Shown here piece by piece: positions 1-9,750 of a DNA stretch of 47,392 bases. The position numbers and the translations under genes are program-made. The stretch is from contig CBFDBT010000001.1 in the NCBI GenBank assembly GCA_965603115.1, forward strand, positions 1 to 47,392, in the 5' to 3' direction. The DNA is from an uncultured Alphaproteobacteria bacterium. Lineage in GTDB: Bacteria; Pseudomonadota; Alphaproteobacteria; Sphingomonadales; Kordiimonadaceae. The notes under the pieces are model-generated. The model was given only the letters and a program-made list of their open reading frames with translations, was not told the DNA's origin and did no database searches. How positions within the stretch are numbered: position 1 is the stretch's first letter; each line of letters opens with the position of its first letter.

Positions 1-575
1 GCATCCGCCAATTCTTGTGGTGTAACGCTTGCCGGAAACATATAAATACGCCGCGCCGTGCCATCAAGCAGGAAAAGAAGCGACATATGGTCCATCAGAT
101 AACTATCTGACGTATCATTAACGTCCGATTTTTTATAATAAATTTGATAGGTTTTGGCCATCTCTGCTATTTCTTGCTCTGAGCCTGTCAGGCCAATAAA
201 TTTTGGGTGAAAAAGGCTGAGATATTCTTTCAATTGTTTCGGCGTATCTCGCTGGGGGTCAATAGAGATAAACAATGGCTGCAGATTTTCTATAGAGCGG
301 TCTTGTTTTTCAAGCGTTTCAAGTGCGAGCGTTACTTTGCTTAGCTCGGTTGGGCAAACATCGGGACAAAAACTATAGCCGAAGAAAATGAGCATATATT
401 TACCCGCAAACTCTTCATGCGTAACCCGCTCTCCATTGTGGTTTATCAAACTGAATGGGCGGACTTCATCAGCGATCTTGGCAGCTGGATTACTTTCAGG
501 GTTAAACCGACTATATACTACGAAAATGGCAAGCACTACAATCAGGCTCCAAGTTATAATACGGATTTGGCGCAT
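1..575 (-). CDS. senC: SCO1/SenC family copper chaperone / thiol-disulfide protein (C-terminus cut by the window edge)
   Basis: I translated the minus strand by hand from the ATG at 575-573: MRQIRIITWSLIVVLAIFVVY (TM anchor) ...GKYMLIFFGYSFCPDVCPTELSKV... The CPDVCP (CxxxC) motif and its context are typical of SCO1/SenC. It is missing from the ORF track because there is no stop inside the window. Confidence 0.8.
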   Translation of the reverse strand, partial: MRQIRIITWSLIVVLAIFVVYSRFNPESNPAAKIADEVRPFSLINHNGERVTHEEFAGKYMLIFFGYSFCPDVCPTELSKVTLALETLEKQDRSIENLQPLFISIDPQRDTPKQLKEYLSLFHPKFIGLTGSEQEIAEMAKTYQIYYKKSDVNDTSDSYLMDHMSLLFLLDGTARRIYMFPASVTPQELAD

Positions 576-773
576 TTTACATTCTTCCTTCTTTAATGTT
601 TTAAAAGCCTATATGTTCATTTGAGATACATGTAAACAAAACTAGACTAAATTTTGGTATCGTCTCACCCTTGACGGATCAATAAGTTCGGTTCACAAAG
701 TATACATATAGCATTTTAGCATTAAGAGCAGCATGAAACTGCATTAAAACAATTTGATAAGGATTATAATACC

Positions 774-1340
774 ATGATAGCCCGTTTGATGTTCGCCGTT
801 GGTTTTCTACTGGTTTCTAGTATAGCAAGCGCGCCAGTGTTGGCACAGTTTTCTCCACAATATGATCTGATCAAGGCCGCAGATAAAAATGATGCCGCAG
901 AGCTACAAAACCTCTTGAAAAAAGGGATCTCGGCCAATACGCGCCGTCGCATAGACGGCTATCCTGTTTTGCTAATTGCCGCCAACAAACGCTACACTCA
1001 AATTGTAACTCTCCTTCTCGAGAACGGCGGCGACCCTAACATCCAATCCCGGGAAAGAGGCGTGTCCGCACTTATGGGACGCGCCGAATCCGGTGACACC
1101 AATATGATGCGCCTACTTCTTGATCATAATGCTGATGTAAACCTACGCGATAAGAGTGGAGAATCTGCCCTTTTAAAGGCTGTTCGCAGTCGCAAATCTA
1201 GGGCCGCCAAAATACTATTAGAAGCGGGGGCTAACCCAAACTTTGGAGATGCTACAGGAAATACTGCCCTCAGCTACGCCAAGCAAAGTCGCTCTAAGCG
1301 CATGATAAAAATGTTAGAAGAAGCCGGCGCTACAGAATAA
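774..1340 (+). CDS. secreted ankyrin-repeat protein
   Basis: N-terminal signal peptide (MIARLMFAVGFLLVSSIASAPVLAQ). About four ~33-aa repeats end in LLLENGGDPN / LLLDHNADVN / LLEAGANPN / LEEAGA, the ankyrin consensus. Confidence 0.8.
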   Translation: MIARLMFAVGFLLVSSIASAPVLAQFSPQYDLIKAADKNDAAELQNLLKKGISANTRRRIDGYPVLLIAANKRYTQIVTLLLENGGDPNIQSRERGVSALMGRAESGDTNMMRLLLDHNADVNLRDKSGESALLKAVRSRKSRAAKILLEAGANPNFGDATGNTALSYAKQSRSKRMIKMLEEAGATE

Positions 1341-1364
1341 TCAAACAATGAGGGCAGGATACTA

Positions 1365-2303
1365 TTGACTTTCTCCATTGAATTAACCGCCTTGGCTCTA
1401 ATAGCCATGCTTGTAGATGCTGCTTTTGGTGGTGTAAGACTGCTTGGGCGATTCCCGGGGCCTGATCGTTTGTTTTATGGTGTCAGTGATGCGCTATGTA
1501 ATCGCCTCGACCACGCAAACCGCAGTGATCGTGACCTGATGTTGCGCGGGCTGGCAGTGATAGTGATCGCCTTACTCATCCTTTGGCCACTGGGGTTTTT
1601 TCTCACAGACTTAATCCTCAGCAGCAAAGTAGGCGCAGGCTTTGGTGTTATTCTGCTGATTATGATCATGGGCCAAAGGTCTGCTATTGATACCGCTTTA
1701 GAGCTCGTAACCGTGCTTAGTGATGTTGACAGCCGGCAAGACCAATCACGATTTGGCGTGGCAAGATGGGGCATTGAGCGTCTCGTTCTACGACTGTGTG
1801 ATGGCATGATTGTCAATGTGGTTATTCTTTTTTTCACAGGGTTAGGTGGTCTGTTTTTTTATAGACTACTTACCATGCTTTTATCGGTTGGGGCGCCACG
1901 GGGCATATTAAAACCCGCGAGCCCATTTTATCGCATACCCCTGTTGCTATACGAGGGAATGACTATCATTCCTGCAGCACTCGCTACGTTGCTCATATCT
2001 ATTGCCACTTTATTTGTTCCCGACGCCAAAATCCACATTCTGGCCATTGTAGAAGATGATGTTCCCGGCGCGATTATTGGTCGCAAATTGCCCTTGCTGT
2101 CCATGGCGTACGCTCTGCAGTTTACTTTTCGCGAGGATCCTAATGAGGTTGGTGAAAAACCGCTTTGGGTGGGGCCTAAAGCAGGGCGTAGCCAGCTTGA
2201 AGCTCAAGATTTAAGAAATGCGCTTTATCTAATTATCGCCAGCTGGGCTGTTACCCTTTTAATGATGGGCTTGATGGCTTTTCCTATGATCTATAAGATA
2301 TAA
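1365..2303 (+). CDS. polytopic membrane protein, weakly CobD/CbiB-like
   Basis: Multiple hydrophobic helices. The N-terminal layout (LVDAAFGG...RLLGRFPGPDRL...) resembles CobD/CbiB, but the usual HPV motif is absent. The family call is tentative. Confidence 0.4.
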   Translation: MTFSIELTALALIAMLVDAAFGGVRLLGRFPGPDRLFYGVSDALCNRLDHANRSDRDLMLRGLAVIVIALLILWPLGFFLTDLILSSKVGAGFGVILLIMIMGQRSAIDTALELVTVLSDVDSRQDQSRFGVARWGIERLVLRLCDGMIVNVVILFFTGLGGLFFYRLLTMLLSVGAPRGILKPASPFYRIPLLLYEGMTIIPAALATLLISIATLFVPDAKIHILAIVEDDVPGAIIGRKLPLLSMAYALQFTFREDPNEVGEKPLWVGPKAGRSQLEAQDLRNALYLIIASWAVTLLMMGLMAFPMIYKI

Positions 2304-2322
2304 CCAAGGAAAACGATCTGCC

Positions 2323-3630
2323 ATGAGAGAAAAATCTTCAATTATTAACGACGGCATTCCTGAAGGCGGGGTGCGATTAAACACGCTTACCCTCATCCGC
2401 TGGATTGCAGTTTTGGGACAAACAGTCGCAATTTTATTCGTCCATTTTTATTTGGGGTATAACACCAATTTACATTTAACTTTATCCGTTATCGCCATTT
2501 CGGCTGGCTTTAATATAGTCCAACACTTTAAAAGTAGCCCTAACACCCGACTGTCCGAAAGTGACGCTGGGGTGCAAATATTCTTTGACCAAATTCAACT
2601 TGGTGTGTTGCTCTTTCTCACTGGCGGTTTAATGAATCCTTTTGTTGTTTTATTATTAGTGCCACCGAGCGTATCAGCAGCATTACTTATCGAACGTAAA
2701 ACATACCAGTTGCTCGGTGTCTCTCTTTTAATACTTGTCTGTGAAGTTATCACTCCCTATCAGCTACCCTGGGATGGTATCCCGCCAACACTACCCAATA
2801 CTATGGTGCAAGGAATGGCACTTGCTATCGGGTTTACTATGGTTTTCACCACTCTTTATATGGCGCGCGTGGCAAAAGAAATGCGCCGACAAGAACAAGC
2901 TTTGATGGCAACAAAAATCGCTCTAAAAAATGAGCAAAAACTCTCTGCCCTTGGTGCCATGGCCGCTGCAACAGCCCATGAGTTAGGCACACCGCTTGGT
3001 ACAATCTTGCTGATCACCAGTGAAATGATCAAAGAATGTGATGAAAAAACTAGCCTATTTGATGACCTAAGTGACCTCAATGCAGAAGCCAAGCGATGTC
3101 GATCAATTCTCTCGTCCCTATCTAAAGGAGATGATTCTGAACAAGACCATTTTGCTTGGCATACTCTTGAGACCTTTGTCCGGGAAGCCGCTAGCCCCCA
3201 TGAAAACAGGGGTGTTACTTTTACCTATTCGCGGCCTGATGGAGCCCAGCCTCTCCTAAAGCGAAGCCCGGAAGGCATCAAAGCCCTGCGTAATATTATG
3301 GAAAATGCAGCGGGTTTTGCTAGCAGTACTGTATTGGTAAGCCTTATATGGGATGATAATATTATATCCATCAAAATAGCCGATAATGGCCCTGGCTTTT
3401 CACCCTCAATTCTCAAAAAACTTGGAACGCCTTATGTTACTACCCGCAAACCTGTTCCCGGACAAGATGGCGGTATGGGCCTTGGACTCTTTATCTCTAA
3501 AACGCTCATTGAACAGACCGGCGGAGCAATCAGTTTTAACAATTCCCCAAAAGGGGGAGCGGAAGTTTTGGTAACATGGCAAAGATCTGAACTAGAAAAG
3601 GCTGACAATAGTGTCTGGAATAGTCCATAA
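2323..3630 (+). CDS. regB: redox-sensing histidine kinase RegB/PrrB/ActS
   Basis: N-terminal multi-TM region carrying the quinone-site heptapeptide GGLMNPF (GGxxNPF). H-box AAATAHELGTPLG. Cys flanked by basic residues (AKRCRS, a redox-box-like context). C-terminal HATPase motifs (DNGPGF, GGMGLGLF). It sits directly upstream of regA. Confidence 0.85.
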   Translation: MREKSSIINDGIPEGGVRLNTLTLIRWIAVLGQTVAILFVHFYLGYNTNLHLTLSVIAISAGFNIVQHFKSSPNTRLSESDAGVQIFFDQIQLGVLLFLTGGLMNPFVVLLLVPPSVSAALLIERKTYQLLGVSLLILVCEVITPYQLPWDGIPPTLPNTMVQGMALAIGFTMVFTTLYMARVAKEMRRQEQALMATKIALKNEQKLSALGAMAAATAHELGTPLGTILLITSEMIKECDEKTSLFDDLSDLNAEAKRCRSILSSLSKGDDSEQDHFAWHTLETFVREAASPHENRGVTFTYSRPDGAQPLLKRSPEGIKALRNIMENAAGFASSTVLVSLIWDDNIISIKIADNGPGFSPSILKKLGTPYVTTRKPVPGQDGGMGLGLFISKTLIEQTGGAISFNNSPKGGAEVLVTWQRSELEKADNSVWNSP

Positions 3631-3702
3631 TAACACCAAGACAACATTTAAGTAGTATTCAACAACAAAGACCAAACCAAAAGACCAGCGAAGGCGGCAA
3701 AA

Positions 3703-4251
3703 ATGACCGAAGAAATACCAGAAAGTTATCAGGGAAAACTGCTAATCATTGAAGATGATAATGTCTATAGAAATAGACTGGCCCGCACCTTTGAGCGAAG
3801 AGGCTTTGATGTTTTGCAAGCCGATTGTATAGCCGATGGCAGACGCGTTGCCAGTGAACATAAACCTGATTTTGCCATTGTTGATATGCGCCTTGGAGAT
3901 GGTAACGGCCTTGACTTGGTGCCAGAGCTTCATGACACCAACAAAGACATGCGTGTTATTATTCTGACTGGGTTTGGTAATATTGCCAGTGCCGTAGCGG
4001 CCATCAAGAGTGGGGCTGTTGACTATATTGCTAAACCTGCTGAAGCTGATGAAATTGAAGCTGCTCTTTTGGTTCCTCATGGGAAGCGACCACCTGCCCC
4101 TGAAAACCCCATGTCTGCAGACAGGGTGCGATGGGAACATATCCAGCGTATTTATGAACTTTGTGATAGAAATGTATCTGAAACAGCCCGACGTCTAAAC
4201 ATGCATCGCAGAACCTTACAGCGCATTCTTGCAAAACGGTCTCCACAATAG
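3703..4251 (+). CDS. regA: response regulator RegA/PrrA/ActR
   Basis: Receiver domain (LLIIEDD...AIVDMRLGDGNGL...ILTGFGNIASAVAAIKSGAVDYIAKP) plus the highly conserved C-terminal Fis-type HTH NVSETARRLNMHRRTLQRILAKRSP. Confidence 0.9.
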   Translation: MTEEIPESYQGKLLIIEDDNVYRNRLARTFERRGFDVLQADCIADGRRVASEHKPDFAIVDMRLGDGNGLDLVPELHDTNKDMRVIILTGFGNIASAVAAIKSGAVDYIAKPAEADEIEAALLVPHGKRPPAPENPMSADRVRWEHIQRIYELCDRNVSETARRLNMHRRTLQRILAKRSPQ

Positions 4252-4254
4252 CCC

Positions 4255-5565
4255 TTAAGGCTTATAGCCGTCCACAGCGGAACCCATAAACAATGTCGCG
4301 CCTTGTTCGCGCATAGTCGTGATCGCCTCGTAACTGTTACAGTCCGACACAATCACCCGCGGCAATCCTATGCGATAAAGCGTGTTCCTAAATATTTCAC
4401 TATTAATTTCATCTAGCCATTTTGTTACAGATGGGCGCCATTTTACTTTAAAAAAATCAACATCAAGCAATGATGGATCAAGAATAGAAAGTGCGTAAGG
4501 GTCAATGTGACCAATAGCCAATTTGTAGTCAGCCAATCTGGCCCGAGTCTGAGCAGCCTCAAATCTGCCTGGATCTGCTAAAATGTCCATAAGCGATATT
4601 TCTATAACGACCGCAGATTTATCTATATTTTTATGGCTTTGCTCAAACGCAGCAAAATGAGGCCCAAGAATTGTGTTAGTCGTTAAAGGTAATATAGAAG
4701 CCAGGCTTTTTTTATTTTGTAATTCAGGGTTATTCAATATCATTCTATTAGAGATTATATCGTCCAAATACCCCCTCAACCAAACATTAGAATCCAAATC
4801 TACTTCTTGAATTAACTGACTGACAACCTCGTCAGCCTTGATTGACCGTTCAATCATTGCAACTGTAGGCTTGCCCTTTCCTACGATCGCTATGATATTT
4901 TGAGGGCGCACATAAGCGCTGATATCCATCCCAGAGATAAATTTTTCTAGCTTTGAGATAGTTTCTAAATCAAGGGGTACTTTAGGCACTTCAATATTAG
5001 CGTCGGTGCGCTCTATTTTAACAGCTGTAACCTTCTTTTTAGGTTTTTCCATAGAAGAATAGATATCATCCGCCATATTGCTTTTAAAGGCCTCATGCTT
5101 GGGCGCGGGCTCAATGATAATAGTCTCGGTGAGTCTTCTACCCGCCTTTTCTGCCTGTAGCATCCTTTTAATATCTTCAACAAATCCGCTAAACTCTCCT
5201 ACTAGGTCATAGCAAACTGTAAAGTTGTCAGACTTTCCTTGAATAGGGTCAAGAGAGAGAATTAATGGATCGTCTTTAAAAATCTTTCTGATTTTAACCA
5301 AAACAGGCTCGATGTCGTCAAGGCTAGCGCCATTGCTTACAAAAATAAAATCATTGTTTGAGAGAGAAAAATTACGACTACCTGGAAATTTATCAACAAC
5401 AGATTTAATTAAAACTGCGGCCTCGCGGCGAAAGGCCGCTTCCTGATGGTGCCTTTCTAGGCGAGATACATGGACATGAACAGCACGCCTACCCTTGGTA
5501 TGCCGCTTAAGCTCCATAACAAAATCTTTTAAGTGCCCAAGTTGGGATGTTGCGAACCCGCTCAT
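4255..5565 (-). CDS. hypothetical protein with degenerate GGDEF-like N-terminal and degenerate EAL-like C-terminal regions
   Basis: 436-aa ORF. FSLSNNDFIFV sits where RxGGDEF would be. The C-terminal VVIEIS...YKLAIGHIDPYALSIL...VDFFKVKW...RVIVSDCNSYEAITTMREQGATLFMG follows the spacing of EAL-domain blocks (EiTE / DDFGtG / D.lKiD / AEGVE..QG) but lacks the catalytic residues. Confidence 0.4.
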   Translation of the reverse strand: MSGFATSQLGHLKDFVMELKRHTKGRRAVHVHVSRLERHHQEAAFRREAAVLIKSVVDKFPGSRNFSLSNNDFIFVSNGASLDDIEPVLVKIRKIFKDDPLILSLDPIQGKSDNFTVCYDLVGEFSGFVEDIKRMLQAEKAGRRLTETIIIEPAPKHEAFKSNMADDIYSSMEKPKKKVTAVKIERTDANIEVPKVPLDLETISKLEKFISGMDISAYVRPQNIIAIVGKGKPTVAMIERSIKADEVVSQLIQEVDLDSNVWLRGYLDDIISNRMILNNPELQNKKSLASILPLTTNTILGPHFAAFEQSHKNIDKSAVVIEISLMDILADPGRFEAAQTRARLADYKLAIGHIDPYALSILDPSLLDVDFFKVKWRPSVTKWLDEINSEIFRNTLYRIGLPRVIVSDCNSYEAITTMREQGATLFMGSAVDGYKP

Positions 5566-5870
5566 ATTTTTCTTACTGCAATAGATTTAATTTTAAGACC
5601 ATACCACAAACTCTAATAAACAACATTAAAGTATAAAAATTTAATAAAACTTAAAAAGTAAAATGTCCATATTTATAAAAGACGCTACATACTCCATAAA
5701 CTCAGAAAATATTATCTTTGTGGGTTCTTATAATTTAATCAGACTAAAAATTGATTAAAATATCCTAATTTTTGTGAAAATTATAATTTTATCTCCACAC
5801 ATGCGTCTAAAAGCTTGCCGCACAGCCCTAAATTCGGTTAAATCCTTATGCAAATTAAAAGGAGCTTCAC

Positions 5871-6086
5871 GTGAATACAAAAGAAATAATGCAATTGCAA
5901 ACTCATCTGCGAACAACATTTGATAATGACTCGGTAAATATTATGAAGCGAAAAGGCCAAGATGATTCCGTAGAGGTTAATCTCGGTGATGAATTTATCG
6001 GCATTATCTATAAAGATATTGATGAAGGTGAAACTTCATATCAATTCCACATGGCTATTATTGAAGAAGACTTGCCTGAGTTTTAA
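5871..6086 (+). CDS. DUF3126-family small protein (alphaproteobacterial)
   Basis: 71 aa with a GTG start 8 nt after AAGGAG. The pattern ...LQTHLRTTFDNDSVNI..RKGQDDSVEVNLGDEFIGIIYKDIDEGETSYQFHMAIIEEDL matches my memory of DUF3126. Confidence 0.6.
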   Translation: MNTKEIMQLQTHLRTTFDNDSVNIMKRKGQDDSVEVNLGDEFIGIIYKDIDEGETSYQFHMAIIEEDLPEF

Positions 6087-6158
6087 GTCTAAGTACAAAT
6101 TGATGCCTTTATCCTCACTTTAGGTGGCCTGTTATTATAATATAGTTCGGAGTAAATC

Positions 6159-8468
6159 ATGTCGTATTGTTGGTCTTTCAAAAGCTTTGCACCTCTTTTC
6201 ATTGGAGCCTGCCTTTTAACAGCAAGCTGTGATGCGCCACAATCGCAAAGCAGTGCCAAACTAACGGATACTCAAGCCGTTACTCTCGAACGAATATATA
6301 ACTCTGAAGACTTTGAAAGTGAATGGTTTGGCGGCACCCGTTGGCTACAAGATGGTTCAGGATATACACGTATTGAAAAGTCTGAAGCTATTGAAGATGG
6401 CAGAGATATCATACGATATACCCCTGAAACTGGTGAAAAAGAGATCCTCATCTCAGCCTCACAGCTCATACCAGAGGGGCGTACTACACCCCTTGATATC
6501 AGCGGGTTTTCGTGGTCAGAGGATGGAAAACTAGCTCTTATTTACACAAACACCAAGCGTGTTTGGCGTCGCAATACTCAAGGCGACTATTGGATACTTA
6601 CCCCAAAAGATGGCAAACTCCATCAGGTTGGCAAAGACTTTCCTGCCTCCTCTTTGATGTTTGCTAAATTCTCCCCTGACGGAAAACATATAGCTTATGT
6701 TCAAAAAACTGGTGAAAAAATACATAATCTTTTTGTCGAGCCCACTATCGGTGGCAAGGCTAAAGCGCTAACATCTGATGGGTCTAAGACTATCATCAAT
6801 GGAACCTTTGATTGGGTTTATGAGGAAGAGTTTGGTTTGCGCGATGGGTTTCGCTGGTCGCCCGACAGTCAAAAAATAGCCTACTGGCAACTTGACGCAG
6901 CCGGTGTAAAAGATTTTACCCTGATTAATAATACCGATGCACTCTATCCAACGCTTAAAACTTTTAGCTATCCCAAAGTAGGTGAGCAAAATTCTGCTGC
7001 TCGTGTTGGTGTGGTTAATATCTCCGGTGGGGCAACGACTTGGATGCGCGTGGATAGCGATCCTCGTATGAATTATATAGCCCATATGGAATGGGCCGCT
7101 AACTCAGACGAAATAGTGATGCAGCAACTAAATCGTCGCCAAAATACCAACACTATGGTTATAGCGAGTGTAGCGGGTGGCTCTGTGGAGACGGTCTATA
7201 CAGACCATGACGATGCTTGGCTCAATGTGGTGAATGACTTTCAGTGGCTTGACAGCGGAAGTGCGTTTTTATGGGTTAGCGAGCAAGGCGGATGGCGGCA
7301 AATTTACCGTATTAGCCGAGATGGTCAAAGCATAACCAATCTCACGCCTGGCGCCTATGATGTTGTGCGCATTGTACGTGTTGATGAAACTGGCGGTTAT
7401 ATTTACTTCAATGCCTCTCCCAATGACCCTCAGCGTATGTATTTATACCGCGTGGCCCTTGATGGGTCGTCTACTGCTCCCGAGCGATTAACCCCCAAAG
7501 AACAAGTTGGCTCCCATAGCTATACGATCAGCCACGACGGCAAATGGGCTTTCCACAATTGGTCTAACCGCGACATGCCGCAAAAGACCGAGCTCATCAG
7601 TTTGCCGGACCATACACAGATCACCGGTCTTGTTGAAAATAGCAAACTGCAAGAAACCTATAACACTCTAGCAAAAGGTAAGAGCGAATTTTTCAAAGTG
7701 GATAATGGAAGTGGCGTTACCTTAGAGGGCTACATGCGCCTTCCACCCAATTTTAATGCAAATAAAAAATACCCTGTGATTGTTTTTGTCTACGGCGAAC
7801 CCGCTGGCAGCACGGCCTCTGATCGCTTCGAGGCAAGGAATATGTGGGCGATTATGATGGCCCAAAAGGGGTATATATACGTCACCATCGATAATCAGGG
7901 ACAGCCCGTACCTAAAGGGCGAAACTGGCGTAAATCCATCTACCGCACCCTTGGCCTGACCAATGTTGACGATCAAGCGGGTGCTATGAAAAACTTACTT
8001 GCTGAGCGGCCTTATATGGACGCCGAGCGCGTCGGCATCTGGGGACACTCGGGCGGCGGCACATCAACCCTGCACGCCATGTTCCGTCATGGAGATGTCT
8101 ATAGTGTTGGAGTATCGCGTGCGCCTGTGCCAGATCTGCGCCTATACGATAGCATATATCAGGAGCGATATTCTGGCGTTCTGCCCGATGATGCTGACCT
8201 GTATGAAAAGGCGGTTGCCATCAATTACGCGCATCAGCTTAAAGGCAAACTGCTACTTATCCACGGCACTGGGGATGATAATGTTCATTATCAGGGCTCA
8301 GAGCGCCTGATAAATAAACTGGTTGAAAACAATATTCCCTTTGACTTTATGTCTTATCCAAACCGCACCCACGGCATTAGAGAAGGGACAAACACCGAAA
8401 AGCATATGGTCACCATGCAGACCAACTATTTCCTCACGCACCTACCAGTCGGGCCGCGCGATAGGTAG
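6159..8468 (+). CDS. dipeptidyl-peptidase IV family serine peptidase (S9B), probable lipoprotein
   Basis: Lipobox-like LLTASC. DPPIV N-terminal propeller signature NGTFDWVYEEEFGLRDGFRWSPDSQKIAYWQLD...YPKVGEQNS. C-terminal alpha/beta hydrolase with the nucleophile elbow GIWGHSGGG and GTGDDNVHY...H. Confidence 0.85.
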   Translation: MSYCWSFKSFAPLFIGACLLTASCDAPQSQSSAKLTDTQAVTLERIYNSEDFESEWFGGTRWLQDGSGYTRIEKSEAIEDGRDIIRYTPETGEKEILISASQLIPEGRTTPLDISGFSWSEDGKLALIYTNTKRVWRRNTQGDYWILTPKDGKLHQVGKDFPASSLMFAKFSPDGKHIAYVQKTGEKIHNLFVEPTIGGKAKALTSDGSKTIINGTFDWVYEEEFGLRDGFRWSPDSQKIAYWQLDAAGVKDFTLINNTDALYPTLKTFSYPKVGEQNSAARVGVVNISGGATTWMRVDSDPRMNYIAHMEWAANSDEIVMQQLNRRQNTNTMVIASVAGGSVETVYTDHDDAWLNVVNDFQWLDSGSAFLWVSEQGGWRQIYRISRDGQSITNLTPGAYDVVRIVRVDETGGYIYFNASPNDPQRMYLYRVALDGSSTAPERLTPKEQVGSHSYTISHDGKWAFHNWSNRDMPQKTELISLPDHTQITGLVENSKLQETYNTLAKGKSEFFKVDNGSGVTLEGYMRLPPNFNANKKYPVIVFVYGEPAGSTASDRFEARNMWAIMMAQKGYIYVTIDNQGQPVPKGRNWRKSIYRTLGLTNVDDQAGAMKNLLAERPYMDAERVGIWGHSGGGTSTLHAMFRHGDVYSVGVSRAPVPDLRLYDSIYQERYSGVLPDDADLYEKAVAINYAHQLKGKLLLIHGTGDDNVHYQGSERLINKLVENNIPFDFMSYPNRTHGIREGTNTEKHMVTMQTNYFLTHLPVGPRDR

Positions 8469-8498
8469 CTGCTAGTTTTATACAATAGCCAAATATAT

Positions 8499-8529
8499 AA
8501 GCCCTGTTTTCATTTCGATTGCAGGGTTT
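8499..8529. terminator. hairpin between convergent genes (possible bidirectional terminator)
   Basis: AAGCCCTG (8499-8506) pairs with CAGGGTTT (8522-8529), including one G-T pair. The loop is 15 nt and both flanks are A/T-rich. Confidence 0.4.
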
Positions 8530-8534
8530 ATATT

Positions 8535-9641
8535 TTAAAGTCTGATGTATATTTTCTTCCTGTAGAGGATAAGCGCCGGGATAAAACAAAAGCTCGTAAA
8601 CCCTATGGCCCAAATGAGTGATGCCATCTTCGGCATGACCCCATATCCCACCAGTCCCTCAAAAACCGATTGTGTTAAACCTAGTCCATGCCCAAGTGCA
8701 AACATGAATAGATGGGATAATACATAAATTGCGATAGCGTTACTTCCAAAAATAACAGCAAATTTAAAAGGCCTGTGCAGTGTCTTTATGTCCATTAAAT
8801 ACATGAGAAAAGATAAAATCAGAGCCGCAGCACCGGATGTGACAAGCACATAAGAGCTGGTCCAAATATTCTTGTTGATCGGGAATATGCCGTCCCACAC
8901 AAAGCCCGCAAACATAGCGACCAACCCACCCCAAAAGAGCCATTTGAACTGTTTTTGCAGCGGCCACTCATTTAACAACATTCTACCGACAAAGAGACCG
9001 CTTATTCCACTTGCAATCGCTGGTAACGTACTAAATATTCCCTCCGGGTCCCATGTTCCACGCCAAAGCCTGCCGGGGAGAAAGGCATCGTCAATCCAAT
9101 TTGCCAAATTTTTCCCGGCCTCAAGGCTGCCAACACCAACACCCGGTACGGGAACCCATATCATCGCCAACCAATAGCCCATGAGAAGAGCGACAAAAAT
9201 TTTAATTTCGAGTTTTTTATCTTGCTGCATAAACAAAAGGGCGCAGACAAAATAGACAATAGCAATGCGCTGTAAAACGCCCATCCAGCGAATGTTTGTG
9301 AAATCAAAATAAGGCATCAGGCCAAGCAGCAAGCCCAAAGCAAAAATCTTAAAGGCACGCATATATATTTTGCGGCGTAGATTAACATGGTCAACGCTGC
9401 CCAGTTTCTCTTTAGATAAAGACAGAGTGATAGAAACGCCGACGATGAAAAGGAAAAAAGGAAAAACTAAATCCGTTGGGGTGATACCGTGCCACTCAGC
9501 GTGTTTTAGAGGCGCATAAATATGACCCCATGAACCCGGATCATTAACGAGTATCATCAGAGCAATTGTCAGCCCACGAAAAGCATCTAAAGATAATAGA
9601 CGTTTACTCGACGATGAATCATACGACTGTGGAATACTCAA
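8535..9641 (-). CDS. transmembrane acyltransferase, heparan-alpha-glucosaminide N-acetyltransferase-like (DUF1624/DUF5009)
   Basis: RLLSLDAFRGLTIALMILVNDPGSWGHIYAPLKHAEWHGITPTDLVFPFFLFIVGVS is the characteristic N-terminal block of this family. About 10 TM helices follow. Confidence 0.6.
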   Translation of the reverse strand: MSIPQSYDSSSSKRLLSLDAFRGLTIALMILVNDPGSWGHIYAPLKHAEWHGITPTDLVFPFFLFIVGVSITLSLSKEKLGSVDHVNLRRKIYMRAFKIFALGLLLGLMPYFDFTNIRWMGVLQRIAIVYFVCALLFMQQDKKLEIKIFVALLMGYWLAMIWVPVPGVGVGSLEAGKNLANWIDDAFLPGRLWRGTWDPEGIFSTLPAIASGISGLFVGRMLLNEWPLQKQFKWLFWGGLVAMFAGFVWDGIFPINKNIWTSSYVLVTSGAAALILSFLMYLMDIKTLHRPFKFAVIFGSNAIAIYVLSHLFMFALGHGLGLTQSVFEGLVGYGVMPKMASLIWAIGFTSFCFIPALILYRKKIYIRL

Positions 9642-9750
9642 GCCCTCTCCCCCTCAAGTGCTAGCACTCCAAACACTATAGAAGCGATACTGCTTGAGGC
9701 AAATGATTATAATTTGAGGCCCCTTACTTTAAAGAGTCTACAGATAATTC

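Noticed and set aside
9657-9668. Perfect 12-bp palindrome AGTGCTAGCACT just upstream of the HGSNAT-like gene start
   Set aside because: It is a single isolated occurrence with no partner site or nearby regulator gene. It could be an operator, but the evidence is too thin to call.
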